DNA from: Antedon mediterranea
Taxonomy: Eukaryota > Animalia > Echinodermata
Reading direction: 5' to 3'
Length of the DNA stretch: 64,000 bases
Assembly: GCF_964355755.1 (NCBI RefSeq)
Contig: NC_092675.1
Coordinates: 5,017,812-5,081,811 of the forward strand
Shown one piece after another: positions 30,573-44,000 of the stretch (positions are counted from its first letter, which is position 1; each line of letters begins with the position of its first letter). The notes beneath the pieces were generated by a model. That model did no database searches, was not told the origin of the DNA, and worked only from the letters and a program-made list of their open reading frames with translations. The position numbers were made by a program, and so were the translations under genes.

Positions 30573-30668
30573 GAAACCAGGCAATTCTTTTTTAAGAGAA
30601 TTGCCTGGTTTCAAATTGGAATTTGCCGTTAAATGATTTAAAAATCATTTAACAGCAAATTCCAATTT
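30573..30668. repeat. Two abutting palindromes (16-bp and 27-bp stems)
   Basis: GAAACCAGGCAATTCT-8nt-AGAATTGCCTGGTTTC is followed with no gap by AAATTGGAATTTGCcGTTAAATGATTT-AA-AAATCATTTAACaGCAAATTCCAATTT. Confidence 0.9.
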
Positions 30669-31249
30669 AAACATAAAACAAGAATTGGATCCTCTGTTTA
30701 CCATGTCATAATTCAAAGTATACGCGTAAAAAAATCTTGGGGAATGAATAAAATTATATTTTTTTTTATATTAGCATGACGTCATGCAATCTACAATATG
30801 ATCATTTGTGTAGATTGAAGCATTCATATTCATTAGCTAGACATAATAAACATTGATGAACTATTCATTTGGCTATAAACCAAGGGGTCATGTTCTTTTA
30901 CATTACATTGCTTGTTCTGATCTCTTCCCATAATTGTTTCCAAGCATATATGAAAAGGTCGAACATATTTTATGCTTAGTGTTTATAGCCTAAACTTATA
31001 ATTATATATCTCTATGTAGCCTACAGTGTACACACAAACTAGTCGGTTAAAAATCACATGTAAATAAATTCAATTCTGCACATTCAATTATGTATATCAA
31101 GAGAGGTTCTCTATTCTGTGATAATTTCGATCTTGAAGGTTTTGTCCTTTACATACAGCTTGGTCTAAGACAAGAGTGAGCAAAGATGCACTATTTAAAC
31201 AATTAAAACGACAATGTGCCGATCAGTGATCTTTAAGAGTCTGATTTAG

Positions 31250-31470
31250 TAACCATATTCCAAGAGTACAAGAGTAGCACTGCCATGGAAGCCATAAAGG
31301 CAAGAGAAGACGACGAAGACCAATGAAATTGGAGAAGAACTATGGAGAAGAAAAGAACACAAGATGTGCATCAGGACGTGTAGTCACATAGGCAGCAACT
31401 GCAACCCAAGAGAAACATGAACGAGGACAAAAGTAGGCCCTTGCTCAATGTAAAGAGAAGGATTTAATAT
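31250..31470 (+). mobile_element. Degenerate 3' end of an RTE-clade LINE ORF
   Basis: Frameshifted translation IPRV-ALPWKP*-GKRRRRRPMK-WRRTMEKKR matches the RTE C-terminal motif ALxWxPxGKRxRGRPxxTWRRT. It has stops and a small internal duplication (caagagta x2). Confidence 0.75.
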
Positions 31471-32929
31471 ATAATCCAGGTACATAATTTAATGAACAAT
31501 CTAACTACATGGACAGACAAGAATTTCTGGAAAATTATCTATTCTTTAATGCCATAACCTGCTCTGGTGGCTTTTGACATAGTGTTTAAGATGGTAATTT
31601 TAGTCTTCCATTTATATGGCCCCATCTCATCAACATGAATACTAAATTCCATTGCATCTTATTAAAAAAAACATTGATTCAGCCATTCCATCTGCCGAAA
31701 TGTGCAACCTTATTGCAACATATGGTTTCAGCCTAAAATTTCGAATATATTTTCCTGTTTTGTATTCTATCAAAATGCTGTCACTACACTGTCACAGATT
31801 AAACACGGCCGTGGTATATTGTGTTATTGTGAATCCGGCGACTTGTTAAAAAGCAAAGAACATGTTTTTTAAACTGTAAAGTTATTCTAGACCTACAAAT
31901 ATTTTTATGGGTTCAATAAAATTGTAATGAAAAAATATTGCCAGACATTACAACATTAAAAAGAATATCAAAGTGTATTATATTTTATTTATTCACATTT
32001 ATTCTATTTTACTTTTTACTTAAGGTGTCTGAATACAATACAATTATATTAAGGATAGATTAAATAATAATATATATTTATACAGATATTATATATTTAT
32101 ATAAGTAAAAAAAGAGAAAAGGGAAGGGAAGAAAAGAAGAAGAAAAGAGAGAAAGAAAAGTGAAATGAGAAGCAAGGGGAAATAAATAATAATAGTAATA
32201 ATTTTAAATAAATAAGAGAATCAGTTTCTCTATGTAAAAGAATAAATAAATAGAATAATACCACACAAATACTGTAGAGCTAGCAAAACAGAGTTGAAGG
32301 AGCAGAGTCTTACATCTGAAGTTGGCTCCAAATACAAAGAAGAAGACATTGAGCTTGTTTAGAAATTTACACCAAATACATATTTATTGATACCGAACTT
32401 AACATAAGCTTCTATCATTTAATTTTGAATTGATATTATTTGTTCCATGACATGAGATTATTATCGAGGTTATGGTAAAATTTCTGTAATTCTATTTTGT
32501 TGACCCCGGAAATATTGTTCTTTCGTTTCATGAGTTTATGTGTTGACATCTCAAGTAGGCATATTGCTTCATAAAATAGTAGTTTTAAATTTATACTAAG
32601 CGTTGTTACAATTTTGCAGAAAAGTTTTGTTTTAAGATTACAGTTTTACCATAGATATTTATGATTTCTTCCAACGTAAAGGTATTTACTATTATTTATG
32701 ATTCATCATTGGTCTCATTTACTATTTACTATATTGAAAAAGTTACCGTGCAAGATAACAAATAATAAATGAGATGAATAAATAATATTTCTTCTGGGAA
32801 TTATGTGCAGTACATTTTATACAAGAATATGAGCACAGTAAAATAATAATAGTCACTATCTAGAACCTATACAACACATGCCTTGCCCACTTCATGTGTG
32901 TTAAAATGTTTATTTTTTATACATCCCTA

Positions 32930-33182
32930 TTTACAAGTTTTGAGGAAACTTTTCCGGGGAAAGTTTACTCTTTTCGTAGTGTAACCGTCGGACTTTACCC
33001 ATGCCGAATGTGTAACTTTATTAGATTACTTCAAAAGAAGGGAATATTATAGTTTCCCACTGTGGGGTACTGGCAATCTTAAAAACTTATACACAAATTG
33101 AAGGAAAAGGAGAGTTTATCCCAAGGAGGAAACAAATTTACACAACAATATGGTGTAAAATCCGAATTATTTTTTTACAGTG
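32930..33182. mobile_element. Possible right end of a CACTA/EnSpm-like non-autonomous element
   Basis: Ends in TTTTTTACAGTG-TA (reverse complement CACTGTAAAAAA). No matching left end was seen, so the start coordinate is approximate. Confidence 0.3.
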
Positions 33183-33268
33183 TAATAAAGCCGATTTATT
33201 TGTTTTAAAATTAATAAAACTAATCTATAGTCTTATAACACAGTCAATGCATCACTAAAAGCAATGTG

Positions 33269-33289
33269 TATATATATATATATATATAT
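33269..33289. repeat. (TA)n microsatellite
   Basis: About 10 TA units. Confidence 0.9.
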
Positions 33290-35536
33290 GTGTATTTAAT
33301 TTTAGTAATAAATATATACTATATATACAGTACACTAATTCATATTAAACACACAAGGACAATTTGACCTTTCAATAACCTGTGATTTTGATTGACATAT
33401 AGTGACCACTTACTATAACTATCGGTAGGCTACTCACACGTGAATTAAAATCCGATTTTTAATATACCGATTCATAAATCCAACCTGCTGTTGCAATTTA
33501 TAAATGTTTTAAATTAAAAAAAAAAAATTAGAATATTTAAATTAATAATATACAAATGATCATTCTTATGCAAATAATTATGCAAATTATCCCGAAGTCG
33601 CAAGAAGATGAAGACAGTCATTGAACTTGAGGAAAAGGCGTTTACAATAACTCAAAGGAAACTACTTTGTGTCAGAATAACCTACAGAATACAAAGTTAT
33701 AGCTAACACTAAGCCCAATCATACATCATGGAGGTATAAATATAGATTCATGAACACAAGGATCAGTCGGTATTCAGTTAAATAAAAGGCAAAGGAGATT
33801 GTTGTTTCTCTTGTTTTAAATAAAAACACAGGAAGTTCATAACGTGGAATATTGTCTGTACGGGTTTTCAAGGTCAAGGTCCAGGAAAAAATGATTCTTA
33901 AAGGGCAATCCTTTCGACCCATCAAAATCCCGATAAAAATCTCAATTACTAAAGAGATGAGTTCGCCCGGAGGTGAAGCTCAGGACATTGGCTTTATCCC
34001 GCAGCTCGAATCATCAAACTCAATGGTCGCTTTGTTTTACAGACACAATTCCCAATATACTAGGTCTAATACTAAAAAATGTCCATCAGTTGAATATGCA
34101 TCAGAAATTAGCACTTTAAAATAAATGAAGGAGATTAACAGTCGAGGAATAGCATTAAGAGAACGGTATTGATTCGAAGTTTCAGACAATCGTGAATCGT
34201 ATTTTCCGCAATAAACATAACCTAAATCAACCAATCCGGTACGTGCGCACATGCATGGCGAGTTCATTTGGAGTTCAGCGACGCATAGTCGTATCAGTTC
34301 ACATTTTTTTCCTACACTCAGATGTCCACTCCGTATAAAGAAAATAAACGAATTCTCGTTAATGATCTTCTAACCTAGAATAAACTCATCGGTAGCAATT
34401 GATTATATACATTAAGTATTTGTCCCAATGATTTTCCTAAATCGATATTTGATATTTAACTGTTTATTACTGCATTGAAATACATTCGTACAAAAATAAA
34501 TTCCGATACTTATACACAGATAGTACTAACACAAATATTACCTTCCACGTTGTTCCAAGTCAGTCCTGATTTGGGCTGTTTTCATTCCATTCCTGTTGTT
34601 TTTTAAAACAGCAGCAACACAGTCTATGCTTAACTAACGATGTCTTTGACCATATTGCGGCCCTAAAGTGATGGAGAGAAATACTCGACTGGTAGCTTAT
34701 CGTTTCGTGATGCCAGGCTGGCTTTGATGACATTAGGCTAATCTTTACACAACACAGACAGATCAGAGAAGGGATTCACAGTAGCGTCTTTTGCCTTGAT
34801 TCTTAAATCCAATAAAGCCTCGTCATGTGTGCTATGACGTTTTTCAACTTAAGCCTTAAAAAAGGAAAGAAACAGCATACTATTATTATTATGTATGCCT
34901 AATAATACTATTAGCCTAAAATTAGCTCATCAGTTAGTCAAAATGCAACTAAATTACGTGTGTAATAGATAGCTTAACCCCTATGGTAGCAACAAGGACG
35001 TATGATTTATCATTACATAGCCTAACAATAATCTAATTGTGGTCCGATAATTCTTAATTATTAAAAAGTATACATAAATAAACAAATAAATAAACGAATA
35101 ACTTAATATAAATATTGAATGAGTGACTACAAATATTGGAATCAAAATATACAAATGTCATGCAATTCACATTGATAACTTGTCACAGATTCTCTAATAA
35201 TTTTAGGCTATATGTATTATTAGGCCTATACATTCACTGTATCATAATCATATATCATGTAATCTTGCATGTTTCGATTAAAGCATGATAGTAATAAAAA
35301 AATATTAACAAACAAGTTAGTAGCTTAAAAAATTTAAAAGTATTGTGAATAATAACGATCAATGCATAACCATCATGTATTTAATTAAGATAAGCAAAGA
35401 TTAAATTAACAGTAGAAATATTGATTAATAAATTGGAGGTTTAGAGGATCAATTCCTATAAAATACATAGGCCTAATATTAATAAATATTCATTATATGA
35501 ATTTAGCATAATTATTTGCAGAAATACCAATCAGTA

Positions 35537-36027
35537 TTTTATTCGTTTTCTTTTTATCATTATCTATTCTTATTATTGATATATTTTAATAAATCAGAAA
35601 ACATTATAATAATACCGTAATTAATAGTATAATTGTCTTTTGTTGTTGATCAGAAGAATATTTTGACAATAATCATTGATTGTCAAAAAGATTTTCAATT
35701 TTAAAATTAGAAATATTGATTCATGAATCCGGTTGTCTGGTTTAAGATTTAAACGAGGACCAATTAATATAAAAATACAATTATTACAGTAACATTAATT
35801 AATATTCACTGTATAACGTTTCCTTAATTATGTTGCTAAACATTCAAAATATCTTTGAGTAAGGCATAATGTACCGTATCAATTAATACTAATAAAAATC
35901 ATAATTTTATTCGTTTCTTTATTAACTATTTATTGTAATATATGTTAATAAATTAGAATAAATTATAATAATAATTAGTATTAGAATATGTTGTTGATCA
36001 GAGGAATAATTTGACATATTATCATTG
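35537..36027. repeat. Older diverged direct duplication (35537-35678 and 35905-36027)
   Basis: Shared anchors TTTTATTCGTTT, TTAATAAATYAGAA, ATTATAATAATA, TGTTGTTGATCAGARGAATAWTTTGACA and ATCATTG occur in the same order. Confidence 0.8.
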
Positions 36028-36603
36028 TTATAAATGCTAATAATTTTAGTTTGTTCGATATTGAGCGAGATAAGAATGAGATTTAACTCAATGAATTCAT
36101 GCAGAAAACAGCGCCCCCTCCTATAAGTATAAACGAATGGAGAGATGATAATCAACTGGTTATTGTGAAAATATTAGTTTTCATTATTGATGACATCATA
36201 ATTATATATAGTTTGTATTATTTTATACCAGTAAAATGTATCAGAATATTATGAACTTAACAAAAATGAGTAAATGTCTTCTTTAAAACGATATCAGAAA
36301 GTTTTTAAATAATAAGGTTGTACTTTTGTTTCACGTACTATTACGTGCCCTTGGTTCTTTCATCTTTAGGAATAAGGCAAAATACATTATTAATGTGTAA
36401 AAACTACATACTACATATTAATATTCAAATGTTTCGTTGACCCAAAATACCGAAAGGTTTATATAATGTTGAACAAACAAACATGTGCGCTGTCTCAGTA
36501 CATGCAGGCATTCTTAATAATAGTAATGAGAATGTTTTAGGTAATTCACAAACATAAAATAAACAAGCCCATAGTAAAGGTAAAGAGGGCAATCCTACTG
36601 TTA

Positions 36604-36739
36604 AGCTTGGTTCCAAATAGGACGCAACGCAAGGACGTAAACGCAACGCAAGCGAGTTGACCAATCTGACGCCACTGATTGGTCAAATCACTTTGCGTTG
36701 CACTACGTCCTGCCGCTGCGTTCCAGCGGGAACCAAGCA
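36604..36739. mobile_element. Palindromic MITE (about 136 bp, Harbinger-like)
   Basis: Termini GCTTGGTTCC...GGAACCAAGC flanked by TTA/TTA. The internal arms (CAACGCAAG..TTGACCAATC / GATTGGTCAA..TTTGCGTTG) fold into one long hairpin. Confidence 0.85.
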
Positions 36740-38614
36740 TTAGGGAGTCCCGCGTAAAATTGTATATTGACATGACCATGCTTTAGCTTATGAGTGTTGC
36801 CAATCGTGCAGCCACCTAAATAATATGAAAATATAATAAAATATTTCAAAAATAATAACTAAATCAGGATACCTAAAATTCTTCTTATATTATTTCATTA
36901 CGGATACACTGCAGATATACTATTTTTTATTATATCGATATCACAGTAGTTGTGTTTGCTTAAAAGAAAATTCATTCACAGGCTTACACAGACCAGTCTA
37001 GCAGATTGACAGAATTGTGAGAAGGCCATTGCAATATCACAATGCATGGGCAAAATCATATATTCTTGCATGTAGCATCTTAAAATCCAGTGCCCTAACA
37101 TTGTGTGTTAATTAACCGTTTATTTTATAGACGATTAATTAAGTTTAAATGACTTTGTTTTATCATGTCTATCATATTATACATAAAATTGTTATTCAAA
37201 TTTAAATAAAATGTGAACAAAAAATATGTTAATATTCATCATCATCATGTATCATTGAAAGTCACTCGAGGTCCTCTCTTGATTACAATCACGTGATCAG
37301 TAATTGACTATATCATTTTGTTTTTATAACAATATTTATTTACGATTGGTAATTATTAGCAAATTAGGAGATAATGATTATAAACAGGATAATATAAAAT
37401 ACAAAAACAGAAAGATTCATACAAACTTTAATGACAGCTTTAATGTGTGTGACAGATCGACAAAATGATTTATATGTTTGTTATCTTATAAGATTAATTA
37501 AAATGTACGAATTATTTATTTATCAATTCATTGGATGAGTGATTTATTGATTGGATTGTTGATTGATTGGACGATTGATTAATATTGGTTTATGATGTAG
37601 GCCTAAGGTTACATGATTATTCTTTGGTATTGATATTGATGGATTGACATTACACGATTAATTATCGAATAAAGATTCACTGTAATCCTATTTCTTTTAT
37701 CTTAATCACAGAACAGTAAACATAATTCTATTTAGAAATTGTATTTTAATATTTTCAATAATTCTTTTTTTTTGGTAATATCTGTGGATAATTTATTTTA
37801 TTTTTTATTTTATTTTTTATTTTATTCAATCAAAACCAACAGCGATAAATACCGCCACTAACAGGTTTGAAACATAAAACAATACAACATCAAAAACGGT
37901 TAACAATCATAGTTTTGACAAGCGTGAGAAAATAATAATTGTAAAATAATATACCTAATTCGTGATGTGATAATATCTATAATATACTAAAATGGCTTTA
38001 GTTTATTCTTGACCTTAATAAATGTCCTGTTTATCTAAGTTGTCCATTCTAAGAAGTCGGAAGGGGCTTGTACAGGAGAAACGTACACTGCGTCCGTTTA
38101 ACGGATGTCCACACCTTGGAATAGCCTTGCTAAAGCAAAAGATGTTCATAGCCTGACCTTCACTGGACGCTTCCGGTTGGTCAACCACTCGTATTATTGA
38201 CGTGTATGATTTTTAAAAGCAACCACGACAAAGAAATGCATTTCTAACTAACTCTCGGTAATTATGACGAATTGAAGCGGGTCAGTATGACAGATGTCCA
38301 TCAAAATGATTGATGGTCCATTTTAACCTTCAAAATTGTTATTCCCCTGATGATTACACGGTTTATGTCCAAGAATACTAATTCAATATTGAATTATACA
38401 ACACCCGTACAGAATATTATGATCATTCTAGCTTCGTTTATTTAACCAATAAAACATAAGTATACCTGCAACTTGTACACTGCTACAGTAGCTGCTTTCC
38501 ATTCAAATGTTATTGAATTATGCGTTGCTCAACATAAAATCGCGTTTGTAAACATAAAAACGCGTTTTAGTTAAAGAACCGGTAGTAACAAATATATTAC
38601 AGAAACGCTAAATA

Positions 38615-38885
38615 TTTTTTATTTTTTTTTATTTATTCAATTTCTGGCATAAACATAAGAAGACAAAACAATTATAAAAGGAGGCACGGAAAGACCAAAC
38701 AGGTGCTAAACACCTATGCTAGTTGGTCAACCCAGAACAGAGAAAAATAAATAAATTACGTTCTACAATAAAAGCATCGACAAGAAAGCGACCAACTACA
38801 CACATTTTCAATATCAAAATTATTTAAAAAATAAATATTGAGATAATTAAGTAATTTGGTTTTAAAAGAACTGACAGAAATATTA
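38615..38885 (-). mobile_element. LINE 3' end (CR1/L2-like)
   Basis: The minus strand encodes ISVSSFKTKLLNYL (SxxxFKxxL C-terminal motif), then a 3' UTR with a stem-loop, ending in AATAAATAAAAAAAA. Confidence 0.45.
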
Positions 38886-38920
38886 AATAAATAATTAAAT
38901 AATTTTAACAATGGTTACGT

Positions 38921-38950
38921 CATGGAGCTATACAATTGTATAGCTCCATG
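38921..38950. mobile_element. 30-bp perfect palindromic micro-element with 7-bp TSD
   Basis: gttacgt-CATGGAGCTATACAATTGTATAGCTCCATG-gttacgg; the flanks match at 6 of 7 positions. Confidence 0.7.
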
Positions 38951-40389
38951 GTTACGGTATTCACAACTATTTTAAACACGTTTCAAAATTACTTCAAACA
39001 TGATGTTCTAGTGGACAATTGGTGTAGGGATAGGCCCTTTGCAATGAATATGTTATTTATGCTTATAATCTCTCCCTTGAATAAAATTATCAAACTACTA
39101 TATAACATATCATCATGCAACTTGAATATTCGTTTTGCATATTATCAATAAAACGCTTTTGTAAAAATATGCTTTTCAATATTTTTTTATCTTTTGTGGT
39201 TAACTACCACCTTTATTCATTCACTGTTACATAAACAATTACAGAATCTCATATATATTTACATTATTGTCTGCATATTTTATTTTTTATGTTATCTATT
39301 ACAAAATATATTGCATATTTAATAAGTTGTTTAGTTATGAAACGTTTGTTAACTTATTTATAGTTTGTTTGTCTTTCAGTTTATATATTTTTATATATAT
39401 ATAATAATATCAATACATTCACACGTATATAGGCCTATATAGAAATACATACTATATATATCACTTTTCAATTTTATTATAATTGTTGTATTTAGGCTAA
39501 ACTTCATTTTACAATTATTTTACAATTATTTTATTTAACAATTATCCGTTTTAGAGTAATTTAAAAAAGTTAAATAATAGTACTTGAATATTTATAGGCC
39601 TAAGTTGAATTAAAAAGCTTAATGTTACGATTTTTTATTTTATGTTTTTATCCAATTTTAGATGTTTATGTTCATCTCCTATTTCGTTGAAATGGTTAAT
39701 ATGCTGAGTTTTTTTTTTTAAATATTTACTCAAACTAAAATTAAAATATCAAATACAAATGATTTAAATCGAATTTTAATAAAAAAATTCATTTTTATAT
39801 TATAATCTTCGTTACTTCACCCACATAGGAAAACGAATTGTTTTTTTTTTTAATATATAAATGCTATACGGTATTTAATAAAAATGTTAATACATACCTT
39901 TTTGATAACTAGTAAACATAATTCTTATTCCATTCTGTTTAAGAAAATAAATCAATGTTACCTACGCATGTACACTATATATCTCACTAAGACTGCTTAT
40001 ATGCAAACACTTAATACCAACAAAAATCATCTATATTACCCTATTATTTACAAAATACCTTAATCTTTTAATATTGAATCTGATCAGATATCTTTTCTCA
40101 ATCCGAATATAAGCCAAAGGGATTTCAAACAATACTTGCAATTAACTCAATATTCCATTTGTATTACTTAAGGATATAAACTATCGATTTTTTGGAAAGC
40201 AAAGTATATTTACAAATTCATGACATTCTGTGTTGTACCGTATATCGACAATAATATAAAAAATATATATATTATCGTCTTTAAGACGTAAGTGTATTAC
40301 TAATGGTTACTTTCCTTCTTGGTGTAAAAAGCATTTTTGCAACAATATTCATTTCACACATATCGGTTTAGTAGCCTACATATCAGGCA

Positions 40390-40570
40390 ACTTAATCCCC
40401 GTAAGTAGTATCTTTGTGGCGTACCGTTAATGACAACAACACATATTGAAGCATTTGGATTAGCGTAAGCCGTTCGTCTGACCCAATCCTAATCCCTATC
40501 AGTGTTTTATTGTCGAGAAATACGGCTGTTGACCTTGGCCTATATCCATTGGGAGCGAGCCAATGGTCAG
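40390..40570. promoter_or_regulatory. Candidate enhancer with clustered K50-homeodomain sites
   Basis: TAATCC 40393, GGATTA 40457, TAAGCC 40466 and TAATCC 40490, plus TGACCTTGG 40530, in a GC-richer island. Confidence 0.4.
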
Positions 40571-40791
40571 TACGTTCATTAACAATTTTTTATTTCTATC
40601 TAAATGTCAAGGCGTTGATATATCTAGCGAATAATTAATGTAATCAAGTTTAATATAGATGACGACGACGACAGCAGAGTTTTAATTTAACGTTGTTATA
40701 GCCTAGGCCTAATATTTATACACCAGTCACAATACAGCAATTATCAGTTTTCTTAATTATAAATAACGTGATGTGCTATATATTTTAGTTA

Positions 40792-41044
40792 TATGCATAA
40801 ATTAGGATATTTTACGACATTTTTATTTTAAGTATGCATTTATTATTGTTATCAATATTTTTTCTTTATAAGCAATATTATTTGTACTAATGTACGTATA
40901 GGCCTATATTCAGGTTCTATGCATAAATTATGATATTTGACGACATTTTTATTTTATGTATGCATTTATTATTGTTATCAATATTTTGTCTTTATAAGCA
41001 GTGTTTATACTAAATAATAATATACGTAGGCATATATGCAGGTT
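40792..41044. repeat. Tandem duplication, unit about 126 bp
   Basis: TATGCATAAATTAKGATATTTKACGACATTTTTATTTTA...CAGGTT starts at 40792 and again at 40918. Confidence 0.9.
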
Positions 41045-44000
41045 AATATTTATGTACGTATACCTACGCACCTACCTACCTACATCTTACGTGTATGGTG
41101 AATACATTCACAAATTAATAACATGTATTATTTAAAATACATTTTCTTACATACCATCTTTTTAGATTAAAATTAATATATCATATGAGGTGTGTTATTC
41201 AAAATACTAAATCTTAAAAGTAACTATGATCATGTTATATATAATATTTGGTAATAATTTACAGCACAAAAAAAAAACCAAAATAAATATCGTAGGCCTA
41301 TTCGTTAAAAGAAGAAAATTGTCAAGTTTACGCCAGTATCCACGATTGAGATCTCGAAAAGGTGTTAGTTTATGTTAATATTGAATCAAATTTCTACTGA
41401 CGTTATTCATGATGATAAGGACATTACTTCGTTATGCTGTTTAATATGTTTGTTAACATAATTATGAAATCTATATCTTTTATTTAATATTCAAATTATT
41501 ATTATTATTTTAACATATTGTAGCGAATTCGTATATATTAAATGTTGTATCGCAATAAATATTCTACAGTATAACATATAATAGCACCCCTTTTTATTAC
41601 TATTATTATTATTATTTTCTTATTTTTTCAATGTTTGTATTTATATTGTGAATTTAAACATATTTTATTTTCTTAAACTAATAATTTATCAATACCAATT
41701 TAATATTTCTATTTAAACAGTTTATACATGCACTTCAAATTAACCAAAGAATATCAGAATAAAAGTCAAATCAATTACAATGCAGTAACCATGGAAACAT
41801 TTCATGAGGATAATGGTATTAATTTCTGCGAACACGAAAACGTTATAACGCCCTCTTACGCCACGATTAGAATCATCGTCGAGTAGTTCGTCATTCGTTG
41901 TTTCTTTAATAGTTGCACCGACCTACATTGTTATACTTATAAAATGAAAAAATAAAATGCATTAAACAAATAATATGAAAACATTTCTTCCTACTTCACA
42001 ATTTAAAATAGATATGATTCTGATTAAACGTCAATAAACAACAAAATTGTTTTATTTTGTATGCAATGCAATGTTTGTTTCGTGTATAAAAAGAGACATA
42101 GTTATTACCAAGACAGTAGTTACATTACCTTGTTATTACGCATCATAAGTATTTTACGTGCACAACGTAATAAGTTTGACACAAAAAAATAAGAAAAAAC
42201 TTAAGAAACACAAAAACACAGGTTCTTTGTATTTTCAGAAGATAATATGCAACAACGCAAACAAAAAATATTTGATAGCTAAAAGAAACTAGAAAATAGC
42301 TAACATTTACTTTATTGAAAAAACCTTTTATATTTATGTATATTTACCGTGTTATTTGATGTACTTCGTTTTCATTAAAAGAGATTACTAAAATACTTGT
42401 TGGTGCGCCCTCAAGTAAAACTAGCAAAAAACAATTAACACATTAAATATTAATAATTATTATGTTTGCAATAACCTCAAAGAAGAGTATGGATATACTG
42501 ATAAGAAAAATACAGTAATAAATTAAATTACACGACAGGCTCCTATAAAATAAATGACAATAAAACTTTTCTCTTTTGTATCTTTACATAATTGGAATTC
42601 GTTTACACTTAACAGTATTTATTCTTTCGTTTGTCTGGTCTTTTATTCCATCAAGGATGATTTTTACCACAATGTAAGTGGCGAAAAACTTTTTTTACAT
42701 GATAATCATTGTTATTTCTCTGTTCAATTCTCTATTACTGAAAAGCTTTGCCTTGGTACATGTTATCTTCAACGATCCTAGAACACTATTGAATACTTAA
42801 GTGTGTAGCTTACCCGGATGTAGACAAGGTCAATGCCAAGATTCTCCTGTACAAACAATAATACCTAATGAATTAATGATATACTAAATTTAAATAAAAC
42901 TTTAAAAATCGACTAATTGAAATAATGCAACAAACAAATAGAAGAATCATGGTGTAAATCAAGGATTTTGTTAAAGATAAAAATCGGTAGGAAGATCGAG
43001 AGACCGTCGACATCAGTTCGGGTCGACTTAATGGAAGTCAAGGTCTTACGGAAAACTATTAACGTTAACAACGGAGATACATCTTCCTGGAACAAGAATT
43101 CTTCAATCTACCTGCAGAACTAGATTAATATGATTGACATTTTATTGGTTAAAGATAACGAATCTTGTCTAGTGAATATTTAATATATATGTTATATTTC
43201 AAATATACATATATATATATAGGGTAATATAGATTTTTTACAGTATAGGCCTAGCCTTTTTTGTTTTATTCATATGGAATATTTAAAGGTCTAATTATAT
43301 ATTACATATTATATTTTGTAACAATATGATAAATATACCACTCGATTTTCTGAAATTATAAACTATCGTGGGCAATTTTACAGTTTATAATAGATATATA
43401 AAATATGGAGCCTGTATTATGGTATGCCATGAATGGATTCTCAACTCATTTCTCCATGGATAGAGTTATGCTTATGCGAAACTGATAACATAATTTTTTT
43501 TATTAGAACCAACTATACAATACACCTTATTAGTATGTGCTCAGCCTGCGGTATAAATGTAACAATATAACAGAGAGATCCTGATATACTGCAACTAAAC
43601 ATGTCTAGTTATTACGACTGGCGCAAATAAATTTGATGATACCATGATGATAAAAACTTTGTGCAGTTTTTCAACAAGTAGTGTTTTTTTATCTCAATTT
43701 TTACTACCAAACGAAAATTGTTACTGAGGTACCGATGCGGTATTTGTCTATTAAGTGTAAATCCTCAATCCACAAACACTGGTATATCTGCGACTATTAT
43801 AATTCATTTTATTGCTTAGTTAATTGTGCTATTATTATTGTAATCCATTGAAAAGCTTCAGAAATCCTTGTATACATACGAAGTGTTGACAGTTCCTTTA
43901 TTGCTAGCGTTATGAATTATGCTTGAACTTCATCCAAATCTTTTAATATTATTTTGTGTAAGGTGAAGGGTCGACGCTTTATACGTGTATCTTGTCAAAC

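Noticed and set aside
36604-36739. Long hairpin as a pre-miRNA
   Set aside because: TIR-like ends with TTA flanks indicate a MITE, and no known mature miRNA sequence was recognised.
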